A stretch of 64,000 nt of DNA from an uncultured Candidatus Saccharibacteria bacterium (GTDB lineage: Bacteria > Patescibacteriota > Minisyncoccia > UBA6257 > 2-01-FULL-56-20), in assembly GCA_964361595.1 (NCBI GenBank), contig CAYIAX010000001.1:98128-162127 (forward strand). Direction: 5' to 3'. Below are positions 18,294-27,035 of the stretch, piece after piece. The position numbers were made by a program, and so were the translations under genes. Every line of letters starts with the position of its first letter. Within the stretch, counting starts at the first letter, position 1. The notes under the pieces are model-generated. The model ran no database searches, was not told the DNA's origin, and worked only from the letters and a program-made list of their open reading frames with translations.

Positions 18294-19217
18294 ATGCGCA
18301 GTTTCTTCAAGCGCTATTTCATTCCGCATCCGGGGAACGATCACAAGCCGCATTTTTTGCGGCCGCGGAACGTGGCCTGGCTTGCGGGCGGCGTTTTGGT
18401 TCTGGAGCTTTTATTCCTATTGAACTGGTACGTCGTGGTTCCGCGCACGGATTTTTTTGCCGCGATTTTGCCCGGCGTACTTGTGGATTTCGCGAATCAA
18501 GAACGGATCGAGGCCAAGCTCAATTCTTTAGCGCCGAACTCGTTGCTCGAGCGGGCCGCAAAGGCGAAGGCCGAGGACATGGCCGCGAAGGGCTATTTCG
18601 CGCACACAAGCCCCGAGGGGCGTACGCCATGGGCTTGGATCAGTGAAGCCGGTTATGAGTTCGTGTATGCCGGAGAGAATCTGGCGGTGAACTTCACGGA
18701 TTCCAAGGACGTGAACGATGCCTGGATGAATTCGCTCGGCCACCGCGCGAATATCTTGAGCGGCAAGTTTACCGAGATCGGCATTGCTACGGCGCAGGGA
18801 ATTTACAAGGGCAGGGAAGCAGTTTTTGTGGTCCAGATGTTCGGCCGCCCGCTGCCGCAGACGGTTGCGTCAAAACCGGCGCCGCCGGCTCCGCGAGTGG
18901 ATACGAAGCCCGCGCCGCAGCCGACCTTCGCGGCCGTTGAGGGCGCGGAAACAATCGAGGAACCCAGCGCGCCGCAAACCGTTGCCCAGCAATCCAGTTT
19001 GGTCGAGAAGACCGTAAGCGCGCCGCGCTCAATTTTGCAGTATATCTACTTCGCGCTCGCGCTGGTTGTCCTCCTCGCCTTGGTGCTTAAGGTTGTGATT
19101 CAAATACGGATCCAGCATCCGGCTTTGATCTTAAGCGGAGTTTTTCTCTTTGTGCTCGTCGGCCAGGTTATTTTAACCAACGAAGGTTTAGTGAAAAGCC
19201 TCTCGGTAATTTTCTAA
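18294..19217 (+). CDS. CAP/SCP/PR-1 domain protein with an N-terminal TM, a Pro/Ala-rich linker and a C-terminal TM
   Basis: CAP signature (YFAHTSPEG...GENLA...W.NS.GHRANIL...EIGIA). A paralog lies at 59297-60145. Confidence 0.75.
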   Translation: MRSFFKRYFIPHPGNDHKPHFLRPRNVAWLAGGVLVLELLFLLNWYVVVPRTDFFAAILPGVLVDFANQERIEAKLNSLAPNSLLERAAKAKAEDMAAKGYFAHTSPEGRTPWAWISEAGYEFVYAGENLAVNFTDSKDVNDAWMNSLGHRANILSGKFTEIGIATAQGIYKGREAVFVVQMFGRPLPQTVASKPAPPAPRVDTKPAPQPTFAAVEGAETIEEPSAPQTVAQQSSLVEKTVSAPRSILQYIYFALALVVLLALVLKVVIQIRIQHPALILSGVFLFVLVGQVILTNEGLVKSLSVIF

Positions 19218-19258
19218 AAACGTAAAAAAGCCTGGAAAAGCCTGGGAAGAAATTTACT

Positions 19259-19288
19259 AAAATTATACTACAATTGTAGTATAATTTT
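19259..19288. terminator. Perfect 30-bp palindrome AAAATTATACTACAATTGTAGTATAATTTT. It probably acts as a bidirectional terminator between convergent genes.
   Basis: An A-run on the 5' side, a T-run on the 3' side, and a perfect hairpin. The core CTACAATTGTAGTATAA recurs at 34040-34056. Confidence 0.55.
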
Positions 19289-19343
19289 AGTAACTCGAGA
19301 TTTAGCTGAACTGAAAATAAAAGACGCGATGTAGAACACCGCG

Positions 19344-20000
19344 TCACTTCTCCTCTACGATGAACGTAACCGCGTAGCGGATCTGGATTTGGAATCCGCG
19401 CTGCGGGGGTTCCGGCGGAGGCGGTTGCGGCAAGCGCTGCAGCCAGAGTTCAAGGTCTCCCCACCGGCTCTTCAGCGTGCCGGTCAAGAATGGCCGGTGC
19501 TGCCAGGCTTGGTCCTTGCCCGGATCGTAGGCGCCGTAGCCGCCGCCGAGCTTGAACCGCTTGAAGTCGTATTCCAACTTCGCGCGCTCGACGACTTGCT
19601 GGAAGTTTCCAGCGCGGTTCACCGGCAGGTAGGGAAAGTACACCGCCTCGCCGCCGAGCCGAGGCGTAAGCGTATACTTTACCTTCGTCCACGGTTGGAC
19701 ATACCTGGCGCTTTTCGCGTCCGGTCCCATCGCTTGGACGAAGTACTCCTCGTGCACGATCTTCACGTGCTTGGAATTGAAGAGCACTCCGCCCCCGCCG
19801 ATCGAGAGTTCTTGATAGCGATTATTGAACTTGATGTAGACAATATCCGGCGCCGTCCACCTGCCGCAATTCTGGTTGAACTCCAGCATCCGGTAAGTGG
19901 TTTTGTTGCGGACGCCCCACCGGAGCGTGAGGTCGTTCAGTGTTTGCCCCACAGCGATTGTGGGGAAAAGGAGTAGTACTGCAAAAATTGCTCTCACCAC
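19344..20000 (-). CDS. Hypothetical secreted protein (GC-rich patch)
   Basis: Signal peptide MVRAIFAVLLLFPTIAVGQ, and a PPPPEPP tract near the C-terminus. The antisense ORF at 19389-19976 is rejected as a shadow ORF. Confidence 0.45.
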   Translation of the reverse strand: MVRAIFAVLLLFPTIAVGQTLNDLTLRWGVRNKTTYRMLEFNQNCGRWTAPDIVYIKFNNRYQELSIGGGGVLFNSKHVKIVHEEYFVQAMGPDAKSARYVQPWTKVKYTLTPRLGGEAVYFPYLPVNRAGNFQQVVERAKLEYDFKRFKLGGGYGAYDPGKDQAWQHRPFLTGTLKSRWGDLELWLQRLPQPPPPEPPQRGFQIQIRYAVTFIVEEK

Positions 20001-20149
20001 ACACCTCGCAAAGCTGGCTAAACTATAAAACTAAATGTTTACAAAGTCAAACGAAAAATCTAGAATCTTGCTACCAAATACGAAATCCGGATACGAATAT
20101 ACTAATTCGTATATTTGTAATAAATTTGTATTTCGTAGCCCTGTTAGCT

Positions 20150-20440
20150 TTATTTGAGCTTGTTTAAAAACACTAAGCCTTTTTCTTGTGCGCGATTATG
20201 CGTGATTTTGTGGTGCCAAAGATTACCCACGCCGTAGCCAGCCATGATTGCTGCAACTACGCTGGAGGTAAAAACAATACCAATAAGCAGGAAAAGCGCG
20301 CCGAAAAAACTATGGTGCACATGATAACCCTTAACAACTAAGCGGATATTCGCGCCGCGATTTTTTAAGAAAGCTTCCGCCCAATGATGGGCGAAGTAAG
20401 AAACCGTGGCGGAACTCAAAATTGCCGTTGCGTATAGCAT
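20150..20440 (-). CDS. Small hypothetical membrane protein
   Basis: 96 aa, two hydrophobic helices, His-rich. Confidence 0.35.
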   Translation of the reverse strand: MLYATAILSSATVSYFAHHWAEAFLKNRGANIRLVVKGYHVHHSFFGALFLLIGIVFTSSVVAAIMAGYGVGNLWHHKITHNRAQEKGLVFLNKLK

Positions 20441-20512
20441 ATTTCCAGTTTAGCCTAAGTTTGCTTTTTTTTCAATTTTTTTGCAGCCGCCCTTGCGGTT
20501 TCCTTTTAGAAT

Positions 20513-21505
20513 TTAAAGCTGCCGTTGCTTTTGAAAATGCAGAATGGTATACAGTATCAGATAAATGAAAAATATATTTAGGATGAGCGCGACTACATAA
20601 ACCAAAGAGATGGTTCGCAGCGTCGAATTTCTGGCCGCAAATGCTGTCTCTGTGGATTGGGTTACGATCACGCCCCAGCCGTATTTGCGGACAGGTTCAT
20701 ACGCAGCCAAACGTTCTTCCTTCTCGATCGGATTGTATTGGATTTGCGTTCCGCTTTCGCCGCGCAAGACTTGCTCTATGATCGGCACTTTGGAGAAATT
20801 CTCGATCTCGCCTTGGGGATCGAGTTTCGGGTGGGCAACCAGATTGCCGTGCTGATCAACTACATAAACCAATCCTCCTTGGCCGACGTCGATGTCCTTC
20901 AACCAGTCCAAAAAGCGATCAGGACGGAGTTGGAGAACGAGAATGCCTTTAAGCAGGCTTTCGGAATCCGTGATTGGGATTGCGACTGCAACTACGTTGA
21001 TTTGAGGTTCAGCGGTGCGCCGGTAGATTTCTGAAACATAAGGCTTGCCGGTCGCGGTGATGCCTTTATACCAATCTCGGAAAGCAAAATTTTTGCCTAC
21101 GGCGCCTGTGAGTTCCGGAAAATCCGCCGTTTCCGTGCCTTGGGCATCAGCCAAAAATATTCTGTCCAAAAATGGTTCCTCGGTGAGCGTTTTAAAGATG
21201 CTCAAAAGATCGATCGCTTTATCCCAGTTGCCGGCCAAGATCGCTTCGCGGACGCGCGGATGATCGGCAAAAGACTCGCCTAGGTGGATAAGGCTTTCTA
21301 ATTTTTCTTCAAGCGCGAGCGCGGTCGGGAAGGCGATCGCCTCGCGGCGGCTCAAAGCCCGCTCCGTTAGTTCGGTTTTGACTTGTCCATAGCCGTAAGC
21401 GGCAGTAACAATAAGAGGGGAGAGAAAAAGGACAAAAAAGAATATGTAATACAGCCGCCGGTGCGGATGCGTGGGAGCCAAAACACGTGCGATCCAGGTG
21501 ATCAC
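20513..21505 (-). CDS. Cache (dCache-like) extracytoplasmic sensor-domain protein flanked by two TM helices, with no output domain
   Basis: N-terminal TM, a ~270-aa periplasmic region with a Cache-like pattern (GKPYVSEIY...VVAVAIPI; GGLVYVVDQHGNLVAHP), then a C-terminal TM. Confidence 0.6.
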   Translation of the reverse strand: MITWIARVLAPTHPHRRLYYIFFFVLFLSPLIVTAAYGYGQVKTELTERALSRREAIAFPTALALEEKLESLIHLGESFADHPRVREAILAGNWDKAIDLLSIFKTLTEEPFLDRIFLADAQGTETADFPELTGAVGKNFAFRDWYKGITATGKPYVSEIYRRTAEPQINVVAVAIPITDSESLLKGILVLQLRPDRFLDWLKDIDVGQGGLVYVVDQHGNLVAHPKLDPQGEIENFSKVPIIEQVLRGESGTQIQYNPIEKEERLAAYEPVRKYGWGVIVTQSTETAFAARNSTLRTISLVYVVALILNIFFIYLILYTILHFQKQRQL

Positions 21506-21523
21506 GCCTCAATTATACACTAT

Positions 21524-21868
21524 CTATTTATTTAGATACGGGTTCGTGTGCTTGGATTTCGTATCCTTGACGGGAAAGCGCTTCTCGTTCCGCTCGATCA
21601 CCTTGGCAATGGCTTCATCAAGGTTCACGTTGTGCTCGCTCGCCAAGAGCGCAAGGAACCAATAAATGTCGCCCAAATTATCTTCGAATTCCCCGAAATT
21701 ATCCGCGATAACTTTTTTCAATATTTCCGGATCCTGTTCCCACTTTACGATGTTCCTTAGCTCGCCGATCTCTTCGACGATTCCCAGCAGCAGATCTTTG
21801 GGATTATGAAATTGCCCCCAGTCACGCTCTTCGGCAAACTTTTTTATCCGTTCCTGGAACTGGTTCAT
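21524..21868 (-). CDS. MazG-like nucleotide pyrophosphohydrolase
   Basis: 114 aa with the MazG/NTP-PPase motif (EE.GEL...W..D...........E.GD....L..L). Confidence 0.75.
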   Translation of the reverse strand: MNQFQERIKKFAEERDWGQFHNPKDLLLGIVEEIGELRNIVKWEQDPEILKKVIADNFGEFEDNLGDIYWFLALLASEHNVNLDEAIAKVIERNEKRFPVKDTKSKHTNPYLNK

Positions 21869-21980
21869 AGGGAAAGTATAGCAAAAAGCACTTAAACCGA
21901 GCCTAAAAAGCCCCCAGATAAAGTTAAGCTACATATGTAGCTTAACTTTATCTGGATATGAAGGAAGTTGGTTTTTACTA

Positions 21981-22544
21981 TTATTTTCTACTTACCCCCC
22001 TGTTTTTCAGAAGTTCCGCAAATTCTTTTTGCAGGTGCTCGAGCTTGGGATTTATAACCACCTGGCAGTACGGCGCGGTGGAATTCCGTTCATAGTAATT
22101 CCGGTGGTATGCTTCGGCCGGATAAAATTCTTTGAGCGGTTCCACCTCGGTTATCACCGGCGCGCCCAGTTTGTTCGAACTATTCAATTTTGCGATCAAA
22201 TCCTCCGCGGCTTTTTTCTGTTCTTCATTTGCATAAAAAATTGCGGAGCGGTACTGCGTGCCCACGCCGTTGCCCTAGCGGTTCTTCGTCGTGGGATTAT
22301 GCGTGCCGAAAAAAACCGTGAGCAAATCATTATAGCTGATTTCTGCGGGATCAAATTCGATTTTTACCGCTTCGGCGTGGCCGGTACTACCTCCGCAAAC
22401 CTGTTCGTAGGTCGGGTTGGGGACAGCACCTCCTGTGTAGCCAGGCATAACGGAAATTATCCCGCGCAATTCTTTAAAAACCGCTTCCGTGCACCAGAAG
22501 CAGCCCCCGCCGAAAACTGCCGTTTGTGTTTTTTGCTTATCCAT
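21981..22544 (-). pseudogene. msrA: Peptide methionine sulfoxide reductase MsrA interrupted by a single in-frame TAG at 22275-22277, at the position of a conserved Gln codon
   Basis: The upstream half carries the GCFWC active site and ends ...HNPTTKNR*. The downstream half, GNGVGTQYRSAIFY..., continues in the same frame. Canonical MsrA reads ...NRQGND.GTQYRS. Confidence 0.75.
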
Positions 22545-22690
22545 GAGTATAAATTATAGCCAGCTAAGGTTTCTCGCGCCGGTTCCAAAGCTTGTAAAAA
22601 ATTATTTTTATTCTGAACTTCGCCATCTGCCATAGGATGCGCAGGAGGAATTTATAAATTTTTAGCCGGTCGCGGAGTTTCATGGCGTCT

Positions 22691-22766
22691 CTACGAAATT
22701 ACGAATTTTTTGTGAATATACGAATTTATATATTTTAGTATATTTGTACCCTTTCGTATTTCGTAG
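22691..22766. repeat. AT-rich inverted-repeat element (CTACGAAATTACGAA ... TTCGTATTTCGTAG). Related copies are at 20077-20138 and 35453-35487.
   Basis: 14-15-bp terminal inverted repeats flank ~45 nt of AT-rich sequence. The TTCGTATTTCGTAG terminus is shared by all three copies. Confidence 0.5.
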
Positions 22767-22769
22767 CGA

Positions 22770-24623
22770 TTACAAGAACTCTTCCCTGTAGCACTCCGCG
22801 CAATACACTATCTCCGGGCGTTCGGGCGGGAAAGTTGTTTCAAATTCATTGGGACAAGCCGCATCGCCGTGAAAATGCTTTGAGGCATTTTCATAGGTCT
22901 TGGCGCCATCCTGCGTGCTCGCTGTTTTGCCTTTGCATAAACAATGGCGTTTCCAGATCTGCAGGCCATTGCGCATCGCCCGCCGTTCGAGATGCCTGCA
23001 GCTAGGACAAAGGCGGGGGAGCGCGATATTCATCTGTTTATAAAACGCTAGTTCTTCCGGTGAAATCCGAAAAGCGGTCGAACAGCCGTGGTTGCACCGC
23101 GGCCGCCTTGGTCCTTCGGCGACGGCGGCTCCGCCCTCCTCCTTCGCCGAAGCTTCAACGGTCGAAGCATGCGCGCACCCGATGATCTCTTTAGTGATCG
23201 ACTCCTGAACATCTCGGATATGGTCCGGCAAATCTTCCGGCAGAAGTGTGGTTTTATAATCCCGCGCCGGGGGTTCCTGCCAGCGCAAGCCCTCGGCTTC
23301 AACTTCTTTTCTTGTCTTCGGATACCAGTCAAAGGCAAAAGATTCGTTATAGGCATAAGCGGAAAGTTCGGCGGGAAAGAATTCGCCGTAGCGGTAAACT
23401 CTGCCCTTGGCGTCGCGGTAGGGCATCTCATTCATCTGGGCTTTGATCTTTTTGACCAGCGCAAAATATTCTTCCTTGCTGTACTGCTTGTTAAGGATGC
23501 AATATTGCTTGTTTCTAAGATTAATGCAACCAAAAGCATTAGAACTATTTTCCGACCAATCGCAATACTGTATATTGTTTGAATTGCCACTGCCCGCGGA
23601 AAAAAGACATTTTTGGGATCGCATGGTGTTAGCTGATTCGTAGAGCAATTCCGACAAATCTCCACCTGCTGTGACATCATAACTGTCTTTGAGGTTGAAC
23701 CCTCCGAAAAATAGGTATTTACAGTTCTCTACTCCATTCAAGGCGGAAAAACATACTTGGCAATTTTTGCTGTCGCGGATAATGTCGCCCGAGACGTTTA
23801 CGCTGTTTAAAACGTGCGCATATCGATGCGGAACGGAAGCGTAGAGGTTTTTGAACTTGTCTTTTGCTTCTTCTAGTCGTTTATAGCTGCCTAAATCCCA
23901 ATATTTCATTGCTTCTACATATTCATCTTTCGCAACTCGTTTGTTCCAAATCCAGTATTTTTGCTTGCGGAGACTCGTGCAACCAAAACAATTTGAGCAT
24001 CCTACGCAATCATAAATGAATGACGAGTCTAAGCATTCGGTTGAAAAGTAGCTAAAACTTACGCGATATAGTCGGCTGGAATGCAGAGCTTCATACGCGT
24101 GATCAGAATTGTCGGTTATGTAGGCATCAAAGGAGTTTTTAGATAAGAGGAGGCCATATGAATTTTCTGAATTTTCGGAGAAAAAACACTTGAAGACGAA
24201 ATAGCAGTTTTTGGAGTGATGCGTCGAATTTGAATAGTCGCAATTAATGTTATTGCTACCAATTAAGGCTGGCCTGGGGACGACTTCCATAAGTTTCCTG
24301 TATTGGGCAAAGAACGGCTGATTAAAATCATAATCTCGTCCGTAGGTCATCGGATCCCACCTATCGGATTGCCAGCAGGGGCGGCAATATACGGTAAACG
24401 GACTTCCGGGAGCCTGGACGGTTATAATGGATTTCTTACAGAGATCGCAAGTGCCTTTATAGAGCGTGCGATCCTCGCGCCAGCTCGACCGGCGCCTGTT
24501 CCGGCAGGCGGGGCACCATGTCGGCGGCGGCACGTCGATTTTCTTATAAAAATCAAAGTCGTCCGGTTCTATAACAAAACTTTGTTTACAGCTCTGGCAA
24601 ATTTTTGTTTCTGCGGTACTCAT
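22770..24623 (-). CDS. Cys-rich (~5% Cys) hypothetical protein with matching N- and C-terminal zinc-ribbon-like modules and an internally duplicated core
   Basis: N-terminus CQSCKQSFVIEPDDFDFYKKIDVPPPTWCPACR and C-terminus CNHGCSTAFRISPEELAFYKQMNIALPRLCPSCR. The middle contains repeated C..C/NS-rich segments. Confidence 0.6.
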   Translation of the reverse strand: MSTAETKICQSCKQSFVIEPDDFDFYKKIDVPPPTWCPACRNRRRSSWREDRTLYKGTCDLCKKSIITVQAPGSPFTVYCRPCWQSDRWDPMTYGRDYDFNQPFFAQYRKLMEVVPRPALIGSNNINCDYSNSTHHSKNCYFVFKCFFSENSENSYGLLLSKNSFDAYITDNSDHAYEALHSSRLYRVSFSYFSTECLDSSFIYDCVGCSNCFGCTSLRKQKYWIWNKRVAKDEYVEAMKYWDLGSYKRLEEAKDKFKNLYASVPHRYAHVLNSVNVSGDIIRDSKNCQVCFSALNGVENCKYLFFGGFNLKDSYDVTAGGDLSELLYESANTMRSQKCLFSAGSGNSNNIQYCDWSENSSNAFGCINLRNKQYCILNKQYSKEEYFALVKKIKAQMNEMPYRDAKGRVYRYGEFFPAELSAYAYNESFAFDWYPKTRKEVEAEGLRWQEPPARDYKTTLLPEDLPDHIRDVQESITKEIIGCAHASTVEASAKEEGGAAVAEGPRRPRCNHGCSTAFRISPEELAFYKQMNIALPRLCPSCRHLERRAMRNGLQIWKRHCLCKGKTASTQDGAKTYENASKHFHGDAACPNEFETTFPPERPEIVYCAECYREEFL

Positions 24624-24910
24624 ATTAAATAAGCCTAGCGCAGTTTATGGGGAAAGAAAAAGCCCCGATTCGGAAGAACAAGGGCAGATGCTACCAGTTT
24701 GGCAAATTGTAGAATTCGGGAGTAGATCAAACAAAAGCCAGTACTTCTATATTTGTATTTGTTATTCGCCCATTCGTACGAATAAGACCGGGTAACTACT
24801 TTCTCATTACCTTTCGACTCAGCTCAAGATTTTTTCCATACGATTTTCCGTATGATTCAACGGATACGGCAATCAGCTGGGAAAAATGTTATAATGTAAG
24901 TTCTTTTGCA

Positions 24911-26653
24911 ATGTCCCTACTTTTAGATTACGTAAAGCGCTATAAAAAGATTCTGTTCGGGGCCCTGGCGCTCACGGTAATTAACCAGGTTTTTTCGCTG
25001 CTTGACCCGCAGATTTTCCGGCTGATTATTGATAACTACGCGACTAGAGCGCTGGAACTCACACGGAGCGAATTTTTGCGCGGGGTGATCCTACTGCTAT
25101 TCGGCGCTATCGGCGTGGCCTTCATTTCGCGCGTCGCCAAAAATTTCCAGGATTATTACGTAAATGTCATCGGGCTTAAGGTGAGCACCGAGCTTTACGG
25201 GGACGGCGTGAAGCACTCGTTTTCTTTGCCTTATGCCGTCTTTGAAGACCAGCGCTCGGGCGAACTTTTGGAAAAACTGCAGAAGGCGCGCACCGATGCG
25301 GCGGCCTTGATTCAAAGCGCAATCAATATCTTGTTCTTTTCGCTTGTGGGCATCGTGTTCGTGCTTGCCTACGCCTTCACTGTGCACTGGACGATCGGCA
25401 TTACCTATTTCCTCATGATCCCGACTTTAGGTTTCATTACCTTCCTAATTTCCCAGCGGCTCAAAAAAGTGCAGCAGCAGATTTTTGCGGAGACCGCCGA
25501 GCTTTCCGGTTCAACCACGGAAACTCTGCGTAACGTTGAGCTTGTAAAAAGCGTCGGCCTCGAGAACCAGGAGACGAAGAGACTGAACGATTTGAATGAA
25601 AGGATCCTTGGACTCCAACTCAAGAAGACCAAGCTGAACCGCAAATTGAGCTTTATCCAGGGCACGCTCATCAACGCGCTCCGTTCGCTCATTCTGCTCC
25701 TCATGCTTTGGCTTATCTGGAGCAAGATCATCACGCTCGGCGAATTTTTCAGCATACTTTTTTATTCGTTTTTCATCTTCAACCCGCTCGCGGAATTGGG
25801 CACCGTCGCCAACCAATACCAGGAAACGCGCGCCTCAAACGATGCTTTCCGCCAAATCTTAGCAATGAAGCCGGAAGCGAAGCCGAAAGATGCAATTGCG
25901 CTGGGGCCGCTCGAGTCAATCAAGTTTGAAAAAGTGAAATTTGCTTACGAGAAAAACCCCGTGCTTCAGAACATATCCTTAGAGGTCAAAAGCGGCGAGA
26001 CCGTTGCCTTTGTGGGCCCCTCCGGATCGGGGAAAACTACGCTTATTAAATTAATTGTCGGTTTATACAGACCCACCGCAGGCGCGTTGCGTTTAAACGA
26101 TAGCGACGGGAGTAAAGTGGATTACGAAAATTTGCGGCGGCGGATCGGTTATGTCGCGCAAGAGACGCAGCTTTTTGCCGGGACGGTGCGGGAAAATTTG
26201 CTCTTTATTCGTCCGTCCGCCACTAATGCAGAATGCATGGAAGCGCTTAGGCAAGCGGAAGCATTGGGCATAACCGAAAGAGGCGGCAAAGGGCTAGACA
26301 CGAAAATCGGCGAAGGCGGGATCAAGATTTCGGGCGGCGAGCGCCAGCGGCTCGCGATTGCGCGGGCGCTCTTGCGCAATCCCGAACTTATAATTTTCGA
26401 TGAAGCGACATCAAGCCTCGATTCAATCACGGAAAAGGCGATTACAAGCACGATTCAGAAAATCGAAAAAGCCAGGCCAAATTTAATGACCGTGCTCATC
26501 GCGCACCGGCTTTCCACGATTGCGCACGCAAAACGGATTTATGTGCTTGAAAAAGGAAAGATAGTCGAAGAGGGGAATCACGCCAAACTTTTGAGCAAAA
26601 AGGGGCTCTATGCCGCCTTGTGGCGGGAGCAGGTAGGGGAAAGATCAAATTAG
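24911..26653 (+). CDS. ABC exporter with fused permease and ATPase (MsbA/lipid A-exporter-like)
   Basis: Six-TM N-terminal domain. Walker A GPSGSGKTT, ABC signature LSGGERQRLAIARAL, and Walker B IIFDEATSSLD. Confidence 0.9.
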   Translation: MSLLLDYVKRYKKILFGALALTVINQVFSLLDPQIFRLIIDNYATRALELTRSEFLRGVILLLFGAIGVAFISRVAKNFQDYYVNVIGLKVSTELYGDGVKHSFSLPYAVFEDQRSGELLEKLQKARTDAAALIQSAINILFFSLVGIVFVLAYAFTVHWTIGITYFLMIPTLGFITFLISQRLKKVQQQIFAETAELSGSTTETLRNVELVKSVGLENQETKRLNDLNERILGLQLKKTKLNRKLSFIQGTLINALRSLILLLMLWLIWSKIITLGEFFSILFYSFFIFNPLAELGTVANQYQETRASNDAFRQILAMKPEAKPKDAIALGPLESIKFEKVKFAYEKNPVLQNISLEVKSGETVAFVGPSGSGKTTLIKLIVGLYRPTAGALRLNDSDGSKVDYENLRRRIGYVAQETQLFAGTVRENLLFIRPSATNAECMEALRQAEALGITERGGKGLDTKIGEGGIKISGGERQRLAIARALLRNPELIIFDEATSSLDSITEKAITSTIQKIEKARPNLMTVLIAHRLSTIAHAKRIYVLEKGKIVEEGNHAKLLSKKGLYAALWREQVGERSN

Positions 26654-26731
26654 CCGGTCAATTACGGAGTATAACGGCGATAGGCAATCAATCATGAAAC
26701 TAAAAAGGGCGGCGGCGAATACCTCACCCAA

Positions 26732-26977
26732 TCAAATACTTCGTCGCGGTTTTCTCGTTGAGAGAAACCACGGGTTAATAATGTAGATAGCGGCCGCCAC
26801 AACGGCTACTATCAAAAAGCACTCCGCCCACCATCCGGAAACTTCTACCATCGCGGTGGTAATCCAGACGGTGCCACTTACGGTGGCTATAAGAAGCCAG
26901 AGTTGTTGCCGCATTTTTAACGCCTCCTCTGTTGCGATTATGCACAATCCGGGAAAAGATGTCAAAGTTTTCTGCAA
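26732..26977 (-). CDS. Small hypothetical membrane protein
   Basis: 81 aa, two hydrophobic helices. Confidence 0.3.
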   Translation of the reverse strand: MQKTLTSFPGLCIIATEEALKMRQQLWLLIATVSGTVWITTAMVEVSGWWAECFLIVAVVAAAIYIINPWFLSTRKPRRSI

Positions 26978-27035
26978 CCTTACTCTGGCATAAATTTTTG
27001 TAAAGCTCGTCCCGTTAGTCTAGAATGACCATATT

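Noticed and set aside
22263-22280. Initially read as a frameshift splitting msrA into two ORFs
   Set aside because: Codon-by-codon inspection shows both halves are in the same frame, separated by a single TAG. It is reported as an in-frame stop rather than a frameshift.
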